The position numbers were made by a program, and so were the translations under genes. The notes beneath the pieces are model-generated. The model ran no database searches. It was not told where the DNA came from and was given only the letters and a program-made list of their open reading frames with translations. From Sphagnum compactum (Eukaryota), in the NCBI GenBank assembly GCA_965153455.1, contig OZ234493.1, positions 31,176,213 to 31,240,212 on the forward strand: 64,000 bases of DNA, in the 5' to 3' direction. Positions 1-11,802 of the stretch are shown one piece after another. Position 1 is the stretch's first letter. The number at the start of each line of letters is the position of its first letter.

Positions 1-270
1 AAGAATCGAGTAACAACACAAGAGGAGCCAAACAACAATTATGTAAAAGGAATTGACTAACGACACAAGAAAAGTTGAACAATAATATCGTAAGAGGAAT
101 TGAGCAAGAACATAAGAGGAGCCAAATAATAATGTTACAAAGAGGAGTTGAGTAGCAACATAACAAAAATTGAACAACAACGTTACAAGAGGAGTGAGTA
201 GCAACACAAAAGTAATTGAGTAATAACATCGTAAGAAAAGTTGAACAACAGCACATGAAAACCCAATCAA
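1..270. repeat. Degenerate ~37-bp tandem repeat (AAGAGGA..TGAGTAACAACA core), truncated by the window edge
   Basis: Blocks like 'caagagga(g/a)..gagtaacaaca' and 'gttgaacaa' recur periodically from base 1 to about 270. Confidence 0.7.
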
Positions 271-960
271 GCCAACAAAAAAAATTCAACTTATAAGCTT
301 AAAAAAAATACAAAGAAAATCTTCAATTTTAGAACTTTGTAAAGCTCTAACACAAAAACCAAAAGCACAAAATAAATTAAATAACAAAGTGGGACCCAAA
401 TAAAAAGTGAAAAAGTGGAGAAAAAGTTTAGTTTCCACCAGCTGTGATGGTAGTTGGTTGAAATTTGAGAAGTGCATCTTATTCTATTTAAGTACCCTAT
501 TAGGTATACTACTTTTGATATTTAAATAAAGGACACAGTGTAGGGGTCAATCTTCACCCCATTGTAACCTTGTGGGTCGAATATCAACTCAAATCTCATT
601 GTAAGTATTATTTGATTTTCTTGATGAGAACCGACTTAAACTCACGGCAAGTTTTTTCTTCATTTTTAATACTCACCCAATGGTAGTCATTTTGGGGATA
701 CCCTACATAATGAGGCAAGAAGTTATTACCCCCCCCCTCCCCCCTAATTGTTTTTTAAGAACCTTAACATCTCGTTTGAGATGGGTAAAGACAAATGTGG
801 GGGACAACATTGCCAAAATGTCACACCAAACCTGTGTATGGTCTCCTATTAGGCCCTTTATTATATTATGGGAATGGCCATTTTGGGGGCTTTAACCCCC
901 TCAATTGTTTCATTGTAGTGAAAACAAAATTGTTGGGAAGTTGGTTCAAACTACCCAAGT

Positions 961-1126
961 CACTAGTAGAAAATATGTCTATTTTGACTTGTCTTTGTTG
1001 ATTAAAAGAGTAAAAACAGTGTCATTGTCGATTAAAAAATTTTGACTATTTCAATTGACAATGAAATTTTTTCGACTCTTTTAGTCGACAAAGACAAGTT
1101 GAAAAATACATGTTTTTCTACTAGTG
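961..1126. mobile_element. CACTA-type fold-back MITE, 166 bp
   Basis: Starts CACTAGTAGAAAA and ends TTTTCTACTAGTG. The arms stay largely complementary toward the centre. There is a 3-bp TSD, AGT, at 958-960 and 1127-1129. Confidence 0.9.
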
Positions 1127-1559
1127 AGTGGAGACTATAAACATTACCAACAATTAGAGACCTAATTTGACTTGGGATGTTTTTACTAGTGTTGGGTGGA
1201 TATTTGAAGGTCCACTGAATATTAATCGAGTTTTACCCCATGTATATATATATATATATATATATCCACCAAATGTTGAATTTTTAAAATCGACCTTGCC
1301 TTGAACCCAAACATTTTAGAAAATTTGTACTCACCCCCACCTCATAACTAGAACTTTTAGAAATTCAAATAGCTTAACCATACCTAGTCTAAAGGGAAGT
1401 AAATGGAAAGGGTATTTCCGAAAAACCTATATGCCCTTATAGTATTTGATTTATACACTTTCAACATATTATGGTTAGGGTTAAGGATTTTGTAGTCTGT
1501 AGTTTGTAGTGCACATGTTTCCTTCACTTTTCATAATAGCTTGCAACTTCCAATGTTCA

Positions 1560-2420
1560 TTTTGAGACTTGTATCAATGTGTTGTCAAAACTATGAATTC
1601 AAGCTATGAGTTACTAGAGCTTTATAGGACGAATCAATTTTCTTTCAAGGGAACATGGCTGCTACAAAACCTTTGAAAAAGGTAAGTGTTTCTAGAGCGC
1701 TGTATCATTTTTTGAGTTTAAGTCACTTTGTTTGGTTTCATTTATTGCACCATCATTTCTACATTGGTATGAAAATTGTATGTTCAAGTTGCCAAGGTGG
1801 TGGAAGGCAAGGGAGTTCAACATAGATTTGGTGATTGATGACAACATTTTGGTCCCCGATCTTGGAGTTTCGCTGTGTTTCATTGGTGGAGGACAGAATT
1901 TTCAACAAATCTTTGGTGATTGTTGCAATGTCTTGGGTGTCTTACATTTGTTTCATTCTTTTAGACGTTCTTTTGTTTTTCACCTTGCTGTTGCAAGCTT
2001 TTTTTTATCAAAGGCACAGACAAAACAACAAGGGTTCAAGGGAGCTTGTTGGAATCCAACGATTTCTTGTTGATCTAGAAAATTGCAAGTGTGTTCTATC
2101 TTGGTGGCGCAAAGAACATAAGTTTCTGACCATTGTTCTTCTCATGGGACATATCTTTGGCATTCCAACAAGCTAAATTGAAATCGAACGTATTTTTTCC
2201 AATATTGGAATATTGATAGCACTTTGTTGATGCCATCTGCCAACAAAAAACTTGCACAAACTAATTTTTGTCCATAAGAATTGACCATTTGATCCATGAA
2301 TTAGTTCCATGAAACCAACTGATTTTGCCTTGGGAATGTGAAGTGGAATTAGATTTGACAATGGAATTGGAAACTGAATTTCAAGATGAAGTTCATCGTG
2401 AAGATTTCCTAGACCTAAAT
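1560..2420 (+). pseudogene. hAT transposase C-terminal (dimerisation domain) remnant
   Basis: Interrupted translation 'CKCVLSWWRKEHKFLTIVLLMGHIFGIPTS*IEIERIFSNIG...NLHKLIFVHKN' fits the hAT C-terminal WW...P.S...ERxFS pattern. It contains stops and frameshifts. Confidence 0.8.
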
Positions 2421-2724
2421 CAAACCTTTTAGTTTCTTTATACAAGTGGTTGGAGACTGATGGGCTTGTCCATGCTTTCTAGGTATGTTGAAAATGATGA
2501 TTGAAATATTTGTCATGGTTTAAGGTTTTAGGTAAATTAATATGTGATTCTACACTATGAAGGGGTTGATAATTTCTTGGTGTATTACTTGGTGCTTGTT
2601 TATTATGGCATTTTGGTTGTTATTTGGGTTCTAGTTTAGAATTTGGAGTGTCCAAATTTTTATTTATGTTTTGTGCAGGGTATATAGCCCCTGATATCCA
2701 ATTGCGGTTAAATGCATGAAGTAA

Positions 2725-3105
2725 TGAGGGGATTTGTGGGCCCATGAGTATGTTGTTTATAATGGCGGGGGAAATTGATGAGGTTATGTAGGGACTTGTG
2801 GGCTCATGAGCGCATTGTATTTAGTGGCGGGGAAAATCAATGGTTTACATAAGGACTTGTGGGCCTGCGAGTGTGTTGTATCCAGTGGCGGGGGGAATTG
2901 GTGGGGTTACATAGGGACTTGCAAGCCTATGAATTGGTGGGGAAATTGACGGGGTTATATAGGGACTTGTAGGCTCGTAGGTGCATTGTAGTTAGTGGCA
3001 AGGAAATCAACAAGGTTACATAGGGACTTGTGGGCCCACGGGTGCATTGTAGCCAATGGCAAGGAAATCGGTGAAGTTATATAAGGACTTGCAGGCCTGC
3101 AAGTG
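2725..3105. repeat. ~61-bp tandem array inside the hAT element, with further copies at ~3670-3860
   Basis: About 6 units of 'agggacttgtgggcc...gcattgtat..agtggcggggaaat..gtgaggttacat'. An AT-rich (GAATTAAA-like) tract separates it from about 3 more units. Confidence 0.85.
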
Positions 3106-6100
3106 CAGTGTGTCACAAGCACAAAAACAACCAAGATAACAAGATTTCCCAAGGACATGAACAAGGGCAAGTTTAATTTCAAATTCCAAATCATGAAACA
3201 AGAACATGACATGTGCAAAATAAGATTTCAGTAGAATTTCATTGCAAAAACAAGAAAAAAAACTAAACAAGGTTGTGGCAAGAAAATGTACCCAAAATTG
3301 GCGTTGAACAAACTGAAAGTAATGGGGAATTTTACTTCTATTTATATCCATTGGGCACTTAGTTTAAGGAAATTTCCAAAGAAACTTTCAACCTACATGT
3401 AGCCCATGTGTAACCATGTGTGACACATGTCCACCCATATGTGAATTGTAAGTGAACTAAATGAACTAAATTTTAATTAAGAATTAATAACAAATGAACT
3501 AAGAATTAACTGGAAATGAATAAAAAATGAATTAAAAGTGAACTAAGATTTAATTAAAAGTTAATTAAGAGTGAATTAAAATTTAATTAAAAGTAAATTG
3601 AATGTGAACTAAAACTTTAGGTACAAGTTCATTACAAATTATGGATGAACATTCATATGAATGCACTCCATGGCATTGGGATCTATGACACATTGTATCC
3701 ATTGGCAGGAAAATCAGCAACGTGACGTGGGGACTTATGGGACCGCAAGTGTGTTGTATCTAACAGCGAGGAAATTTATGAGGTTTTAGAAAGATTGCAA
3801 GTTTGTGAGTCCCTGTATCCAATGACACAAAAATCCACATAGTTCCATAGAGACTTGTGAGTGTCTCCTTCATCTATTTCTTCTAGGTGTATGTGATTTT
3901 TTTACTTTGTCTCTTCAATGTTTTCAATCTTGGATCTGTTGGTTAACATTTTTTATGTTTTCATGGGTCTATTTCTTTTGTTTCATAGATTGTTGTAGGG
4001 ATATCATATTTTGCGGGTCTTATGTGTGTTGGTGTCAGGTGCATGTATGTGGCTTCTATGTCTCTTGCAAGTTTGTAATTTGATGTGTGTTTAACAATCA
4101 AAATATTTTTTGTGTCTCAAGTCTTAAGTGTCAAAATATTTCAAGTTTCAACTAAGCGTTTTGTTTAGTTTTTATGTCTTTTGGAGTTTTATTGTATTTG
4201 GTCTTGGAAGTTTTGGAAGTTTGTTGTACTATCTAATCTTGGAAATTGGTTATTTTTGGTTTTGGAAGTTTGATGTTTTTGGTTTTGGATGTCTAATGTG
4301 TGGCTTTTGTGTCTTTTAAAAGTCAAATTATATGTTGGTTGCTACAATGTGGGTTTTTTTTTAATGTGTTTTGTTTGATATAGTTGTTTATTAGTTTGTG
4401 TTTTAATTTCTAGTTTGTTAGTAGTTTGAAGGATAAGATTTGAAAACCAAACTGAAGATGGAATGAAGGAAGAGTTTCCTAAAACCTAAAACCATGTATA
4501 AATGACAAATTTTTAATAGTTTGATTCATTATTCATTAATGATCTTTAGAAAAATTTGTTGTTTAGCTACAAGTAGTAAGTTTGTTTAGTTCAAAAACTT
4601 CAAAAAACATCAATGACCCTCCCTCAATTAGGTTGTTTATTTTATTTTCGTAATTGTTACTTGAAAATGCAAAAACTTAGGTTAGACCCAAACTTTGTAT
4701 TGTCAAAGACCCCAGGGGCTTGTAAATGGGTGTTGTACATATTTTCTTCCTAAAAAATGCAAAAGACCTAGGGCTTTGTATTTATCAAAGGCCTAGACCT
4801 AGTTTTGAAAAAAATATTTATCAAATAACATGGTCAACTACATATATTTGTCTATATATTTGGTTAAATCATGTAACTAAACCCCCGCCCTTGGCTCATA
4901 CCTGTTCATCATTAGTTGCTAAAACTTGGACCCTGATAATTCTTTAAAACTCAAAAATGCAAAAGCCCAAACTTAGGCAATTCTTTAAAAAAATCCTTAA
5001 TGCACTTGAACCTGGTTAATATTTTAAAATCAAATACTTGCCCAACAATAGTTTTTTCCTTTGATATTTGTCACCCATTGTTAAACATAATATATTTTGT
5101 AAATTTTTTTGTCATGGAAGTCAAATGTCATTAAAGATGTCATACCCTCTTCAATTTGAAATGGTGAAAATAAATAAATAAATAAATAAATAATTGCTGA
5201 ACAAAACAAAATAAAATTTTGATCTTTCTTTTCAAGAGAAGGGCCAATCTTTTGGTTATTCCATGTTTTAGGGTGCCTAGGAACCAATGGTTTTTTAATA
5301 AGGAAATTGAGGAAATAAAAAATGAGTTTATTTTTGGAGTTTTTAATGGGCAGAAGTTAGGAAAAAAAGGAAAACTTTTTGTATTGTTATATCTTGTTAT
5401 AGTAAAAAACCATAAATATAAAAGTGTGATTAAAAAATTATGCTTCATATATGGTTTCTACCTAGATTTGACAAAATCTTCTTAGGGATGATCCTCACTT
5501 TTTCTACATCTTCCCTATGGAATATCGATATTTAAGCTATAGAAAATAATCCCAAAAAATTAACATTGGTGGGCACTAAAGCTTGCATAGTAGTTCTTAA
5601 CATCAACACCGAGTACCTTCAAGACTAGCCATTCTCCTATATGTAAAAACTCATGTCGGATTTTTCTAGTGTAATTGAAGAATAGTGCTTTTATAGAATG
5701 TATTTCTTCATTTCCTATTCACTGGGCATTTCAAAACATGGGGTGTTCATTTTTTGCAACGGGCATTCCACTTTTTTGAAACACAAATTTTTATCATGTT
5801 TTTCTTGTGATAATTGCCAAATAAACCATTAAATACCTTGGAAGAAAAATAGCAAATGCACATCTTATGTATAGTAAAACTTTCAGCTCTAGGTTTTATT
5901 GGAATTGGGGCTCCACCTTACGCACATGTTTTTATTTGGAGCCTTTATTCCAACAGTCTAGGGTAAAGCCCATGGCATCAATACAAGGGGGGGGGTTTAC
6001 CCTAAACAATCTTTGTTTCAGGGAGTGGGTAAGTAGGTTAAGAAGGAGAGAAAGAATTTGAGGAAATAAGTGTAAACGCAATTGGTGAAGAAAAAGCTTG

Positions 6101-6136
6101 CAAGAATAGACTTGGACAAGGGGCTATTCGTGTCAT

Positions 6137-7061
6137 TGTCGTTGACATGCTCCCAAGCCCCTTGATAGACTCAAACATGAGTATGGTTTGAAACAACGGA
6201 AAAGTAAGGAGTTGGGGCATGCTCCTTGATTCGCAACACTTTGGGGGGGGGAAGTAGAGGGGCATGCTGGAGCTCCGGAATGGGACTAGGAAGAATGACA
6301 AGCAATCAATCACTCACACGGACCTGCACAAACCAAACAACAAGTTGATTAGTGCAAAGTTGGAGCACTTTTGGTGCTAGGATGAGCCACGGGCAAACTT
6401 GGACTCATAAGACTCACCATGACCTGGACTTTGGGGAAGCCATCACCTTCCCCCTTATAGTATGCTTTGTGCCTGGCCACGGGACCGGCACCCAAATGGC
6501 TTTTTGTCCCGGGACTCCCAAGTGGGAGTCCCGAAATTCCAAAGCTGGGACTCCCGCGATTTTGGGGACCCATAACTTTGCGTGAAGACCTCCGATGGAG
6601 ATGAGGTCTAAAGCAAAGTTTTATTCCTTGTCGAGAGATTCCCAACGGTATGTCGCACGCTACCTGCACACAAGGAAATCAGGTCGATTCCTGACTTTTA
6701 GTGGTCGGGAGTCAAATTGCCAATTTGACTCCCGGCCCTTCTTTTGACCATAACTTGTATTAGAAGTGTCCAAATGGGTCATGTGAGACCATTTTAAACA
6801 TTTGAGTTCCAAGAGCTTTCCAATGATATAAAGAACTTTTCAATCCATTGGGTTTTGACCCCTGCAATCGATCTCTGAAGACTCAGGAGTCCATTGGGAC
6901 TCCAATTCCCAAAGTGGGAGTTCCCTTGGGAGTGTGAGGGGTCATTCCCTCACACTCTCCTACACCCCCGGGAGCATGAGATGTGATTCTCGGGCCTCCT
7001 CTTGGCCTGCACCCTTGCAAGCCCTCGCCTTGGTCGTGAGCCCAAGGCTAGGGTTACGATA
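6137..7061. mobile_element. Probable solo LTR (~925 bp)
   Basis: GC-richer block starting TGTCGT and ending ACGATA (a decayed TG...CA with a short terminal inverted repeat). The 5-bp flanks are GTCAT and GCCAT (4/5 match). It contains internal GGGACTCCC/GGGAGTCCC motifs and has no credible ORF. Confidence 0.65.
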
Positions 7062-8899
7062 GCCATCAATTTGGTTTTTGGTCGTTTATTGAGATGGGAA
7101 GAAGCTAAGGAATAATACCCAATGATTATAAGGGCTTCGAACAACCTTGGTCCAAAGAATTTTGGATTCCAAAAAAATGTACATTTCAACAACGAACATT
7201 GTGTGGCCAAGCTTTGGGCCGATAAAAAATAAAATGTAAACCTTAATTAGGGTTTTTAGCAAGTAGGCAGAGTAGTTGCCATGGAACCTTTAGTGTATTG
7301 ATCATTGTAATAGTTACGATCTTTCAAAGGCATGTTAAAAAAAAAAGTTAGAGAAGTGGACTATGTTTTCTTTTGAAGACCACTTTGTCTGGGGTAATTA
7401 TTTCACTAAAGGGCTGAATTATGAGGGGTTTTTTAAAAAGCGTTTTTCTTTCCTTTTATATCCAATTTATGATATAAATGGATAGTGGGAATTAGGCAAC
7501 AAGGAAAAACAATTGAGAGTAGTAATACTTGGTATTAGAGGGTCCTTATAATGCGAGTAAAGGCCAACACAACATAAAATACATATTTCATTGGGTCACC
7601 CAACCAACCAACTAGCCAAGAGTGCTCTGGTGCATCCTACAAGTGTGTGAAGACATAACAAAATTTCCATCGAAAAGTTAGGTATTAATTGAAATTTTGT
7701 TATACATAACTTTTGAAGTGCATTGAATTTTTTGTGAAAGGGTACTAGTCCACTAAAGTTGTTTTTTAAGAAACTTTTGTGTGATGTTACTTGTTTTAGG
7801 TCCTACGAGACTAGGGGTGAGGGAGTGAAACTTGTAATATTTTGGTATTAAAGTGTCTAAGTCGTGTTGAACCCAATAAAGTAGTGATTGTGACACCCAA
7901 GCTTATAGCAAAGTTAGGGTTTGGCTTTGGCATAACACATTAGCCAAGGACCCCTAGGAGGTTTCCTATCTTTTTCCTTTTGATTCGTTAAGAGTGTGGT
8001 TGGCTTTGTAAATTTACTATTGCCCTGTAACAAAAGGCAATTTTTAAAAAGTGAGTCTTGTGTTCTTAGTAGGCCTCCTTCCTCATGGGTACCAAATGTC
8101 CCATGTCCTTTAGTTAATCATGTCTCATCGAACCTTAGAGTTCTCATCGCCCATTTGCTTTATCATGTGCCACCATAAACCTATCTTCCACCCCATTTCT
8201 TATGTAAACCACAAACCACCCATTACTTTCTCCTCCTATTGTAACAAACCATACACCCACTATTAAGTCCCTTTACCAACCCCTAACCTTTTGTGTGAAT
8301 GTGGGGCCCCAACCTTACACTTTCCCGAACCCCTTTGATTTTACACATATAAAACCTTTTTCACCTTCCACTTTATTAACCCTTATAGTTGCCTTTGATC
8401 AGACCCCCCAACCTACCCCCATCTCCTCAACATGCTCGTAATGTCCACCTAAAGTTTTTTGCCCCATGTGTGGGCACCAATTTACCAATTGAGGGTTGGC
8501 TTATCATTAACGTTTTTATTAGGCATCAAATTTTTTTAATCCAAACCCATGTGACCATTTCAGCAGCTCAATACCCTCCCTTGTTCCCATCCTACCTGCA
8601 TTAGCCTAGGCTTGGGTTTTGTTATTGAATGTCTTCAAGTTTTTCATTTAAGTTTTCGTCATTTTTTATTGTATAACTGTGCCCCTATCGCTTTATGAGA
8701 TGATGTACAACTGGCATTTTGTTTTCCATTGGATAAGTTGGCACAAGACTCCTATGATGTGGTAGTTTGGCATTTCGCACTCCTTTTGTTACCCCAATGG
8801 TGTTTTGCTTTGCCTTATTGTGGTGGGGCAAAAGGGCATAAGGAAATGCAGGTTCGATTCAAATGCTTTCTAGCAGGAGACTATGAAAATTTGTAGGAG

Positions 8900-11135
8900 G
8901 AGTTTTTTTTTGTAGGCCCAAGCTTTGGTGGCAAGTTCAAGTTCAATGTTTTTTCCCTAACATGATTTTTCAGGTCATAAACGCTTTTTCCACATTTTAA
9001 TTTTTGGATGTGCAGGGGAATACTCTTGAACAACTTGCATTTTGGCACCATTTTCCCTTGCACCCACATCCTTCGACACATCACTTCAATTTTCATTGAA
9101 TTGCACCTTGAATCAAATGGTTACTTCATGCTTTTGACTAAGAGTTAGACTAGGACCTCAAATTTTCTTCTAATTCCTTCAAGTTGACATTCTAATGCAT
9201 GTTGCAATTATTGGCAAATGTTCATTCTAGGATGGTTTTTGAACACTTTCAGGATTGTTTTCACCTAAAAGATTCAGCAAGGGGATTCTTTATTTATTTA
9301 AGCTTTGTTGTCATATCGCATAAGGTCACATTCCACATCAAATTGCACGTGTTTTTGAAGCGGCTCACCTTTTAGCCATGGCCAAGCATTTAAGTGGAGT
9401 TTGTCCCATTGAAGTGGGGGAAACATTTTATCAACTCACAAGTTGCACTTTATGCCTTCAATTTTGTGACATTTTTGTAACACATTTATCCTTACACCAA
9501 TTCAGAATTGAAATTAAGGGCGGTTGTGAAACAATAATCCATGGCATTAGGTGCACCCTAGACCTTCATTCAACTAGGTTGTTTTCTAATTGGACATGGC
9601 AAATGCTTTCAATTTAGTGTGAAAAAGGGTCATATTTTAAGACTTTTGTGTAGTAGGTGGAGACATCATATAACTCATCACTTTTGTACATGCATTATAT
9701 GCATTTGAGTCTCCCTTATTTTATAGTCATCGTAATCATGAAAACGATGTCATAGTCATCCTATTTGCCATGGGAATTCGTTAAAGTAATCCGGTGGGAA
9801 GGGCACTATTCATTTTAACCCATTTTAAGGTGTTACGTTCTATAGTTAATCATTTCATTTTTGGTCTATTTCCATTTATGCGGATGATTCTCACATCATA
9901 GGTCCTTTTTCAGTCGTATCATTTGCGTATGAACATTTGTAGACCAAACTCCATGTGATAGGTCTTTTATCCAACTTAAAAAATGTGTAGCATGGTCACT
10001 CCTTGGCCTACCACCTGACTTCAAGACCCCATCAAAAGGAATTAGAGTTTTGGGGGTTCCATTGGGCACCTCATCGTTCACATCATCTTTCATCAAAGAT
10101 GCCCTGCTAGAGGATGTTTGACATGTGGACCTTTTCCCTGAAATGGGTGATGTCTAGGTAGCCTTTGAAATTTTAACTCATTACTTTGTGCAATGGCCAT
10201 CGTATTTCTTATGATGCACACTTCCCTCCTCCACTTTCATAGAATCCTTTATTTCTTTAGATTCATCCTTCCTTCAAATGTTTGGGTGTTTTTTGAATCC
10301 ATAATCCTTTAATAGCCCAGAAGGACCTTTAGCCTGTAAACAAGCTTTTCTCCCAATAACTTTTGGTGGCATTGGGTTCATGTCGATAACCACTCCTCTT
10401 GTCAATGAGTCGACATTGTGCTCACCAAATATGACATTTGCACCCTAGTGGATGTTGTCATTGCCAACCCAACGTGAGTAGATTTTCTTCCCTAATCTTG
10501 CACAACTCAAGGATTTGCTACCTCTAATGCAATTCAAGCCAAAGAAAAAAGGTATTACAATCAACACCCCATTAATCAATTTTTCCTTCTAGCAATTGAA
10601 ATATTTGGATGTTTACACAAATAGGCTAATGTCTTTTTACATGATTGTGCCAATGCCATTTGGAGCTTGAAAGGGCCAAAAGGCCTTCATCTTTTGATCT
10701 TGGTTATTTTTCTTCATCAAAAAATTTCAATCACATTAGAAAGAATGCAAGCGTCTTCCATCTTAAGTCAAGCTATAGTTGTAGGCCTAGTTAATTTTCG
10801 ACTTCCACCCCTTCAAGGCACACCTCCTATCACCATGATTGACCTATTGTAAGTAGTCGATTTTTGACATGGAGAAATATGGTCGTTGTAGGCCTAGTTA
10901 ATTTTCGACTTCCACCCCTTCAAGGCACACCTCCTATCACCATGATTGACCTATTGTAAGTAGTCGATTTTTGACATGGAGAAATATGGTCGACCTAGTA
11001 TAGGCGGTCAGTGTTTGACATAAAGAGATTTTGCCTTCTAGTTTGAGCTAACTTCACATCTTGTGAATTCACCCTTTTCCTTTTTCCTTTGTACATTTTC
11101 CAAACTACAGGGTGTTTATAAATAAGGTTTTGTAC
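8900..11135 (+). mobile_element. Degenerate non-LTR retrotransposon, reverse transcriptase plus restriction-like endonuclease (CRE-like clade)
   Basis: Fragments include 'PIEVGETFYQLTS...HQFRIEIKGGCETIIHGIRCTLDLH', YADD at 9877-9888, 'GIRVLGVPLG', and the RLE region 'VDIVLTK..TLVDVVIANPT...AKEKRY...LAIEIFGCLH'. Many stops and frameshifts; boundaries are approximate. Confidence 0.85.
10779..10992 (+). repeat. Exact ~106-bp tandem duplication at the LINE 3' end
   Basis: 'ttgtaggcctagttaattttcgacttccacc...gacatggagaaatatggtcg' occurs twice, back to back. Confidence 0.9.
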
Positions 11136-11802
11136 GGTTGCATCATTCGTTGCTGTTTTTAAATCGACGTCTCCTAAGTAGGTAGGTAATGGGGTACTTA
11201 CTAATTTGGTACCGCTGCAAGTGGGCTGCTACCAATTTTGGAGTTTTGCGTCAACTTGCAACTACATTCAAAGAAAGGTTCCCAAATGAATCCCGATACA
11301 TCATCTACCCTGTACGCACAACGCGGTCGCAGTAGAAAACTGGAACTACAGAGGGAGTTTTGAGGGGGGGGGGGTGGGGCGGGGTAAGTACTAATAACAA
11401 ACGAAAAGCCCAAGTTCCAACGCAATGCCTGCCTGCCTTCCTGAAACATTGATTGATGTAAGGTACCTTAGATACCGTCTTCTGTCTGCAAGCAATTCTT
11501 AACTAGCTTAAAGAAGTGGGTGTGTGTTCTGGTCCTCCAAGCATCTTGAGTTTGTTTCTCGAGCCACTCGCATTGGTAGTGAGCTCTCGTGTGGTGTTGT
11601 GAAGTGCAAAGAGTGTGTGTTTTTGTTTTTGTTTTTATAAATTTTCTAGGTAGCAAGTGTTTTTCGACAAATAACAAATCTGTCGAAGGAGGTTTGCATT
11701 TTTTTGTTTGGTTGTTTTTTTGCTGGGAAGAAGTGGGAGCGAGGGTTTGTGTTTTTTCGTTGCTTGCAAAGGTTTGGTGGTGGACATAATTGTGAGGTAA
11801 GA

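Larger units (their letters stand above)
1187..5050 (+). mobile_element. Defective hAT DNA transposon (~3.9 kb)
   Basis: Imperfect 21-bp TIRs: TAGTGTTGGGTGGATATTTGA and TCAAATACTTGCCCAACAATA. The 8-bp flanks are GTTTTTAC and GTTTTTTC (7/8 match, hAT-size TSD). An internal transposase remnant is present. Confidence 0.8.

Noticed and set aside
6349-6669. 106-aa ORF in the GC-rich block
   Set aside because: It lies inside the solo-LTR-like repeat and has no protein motif.
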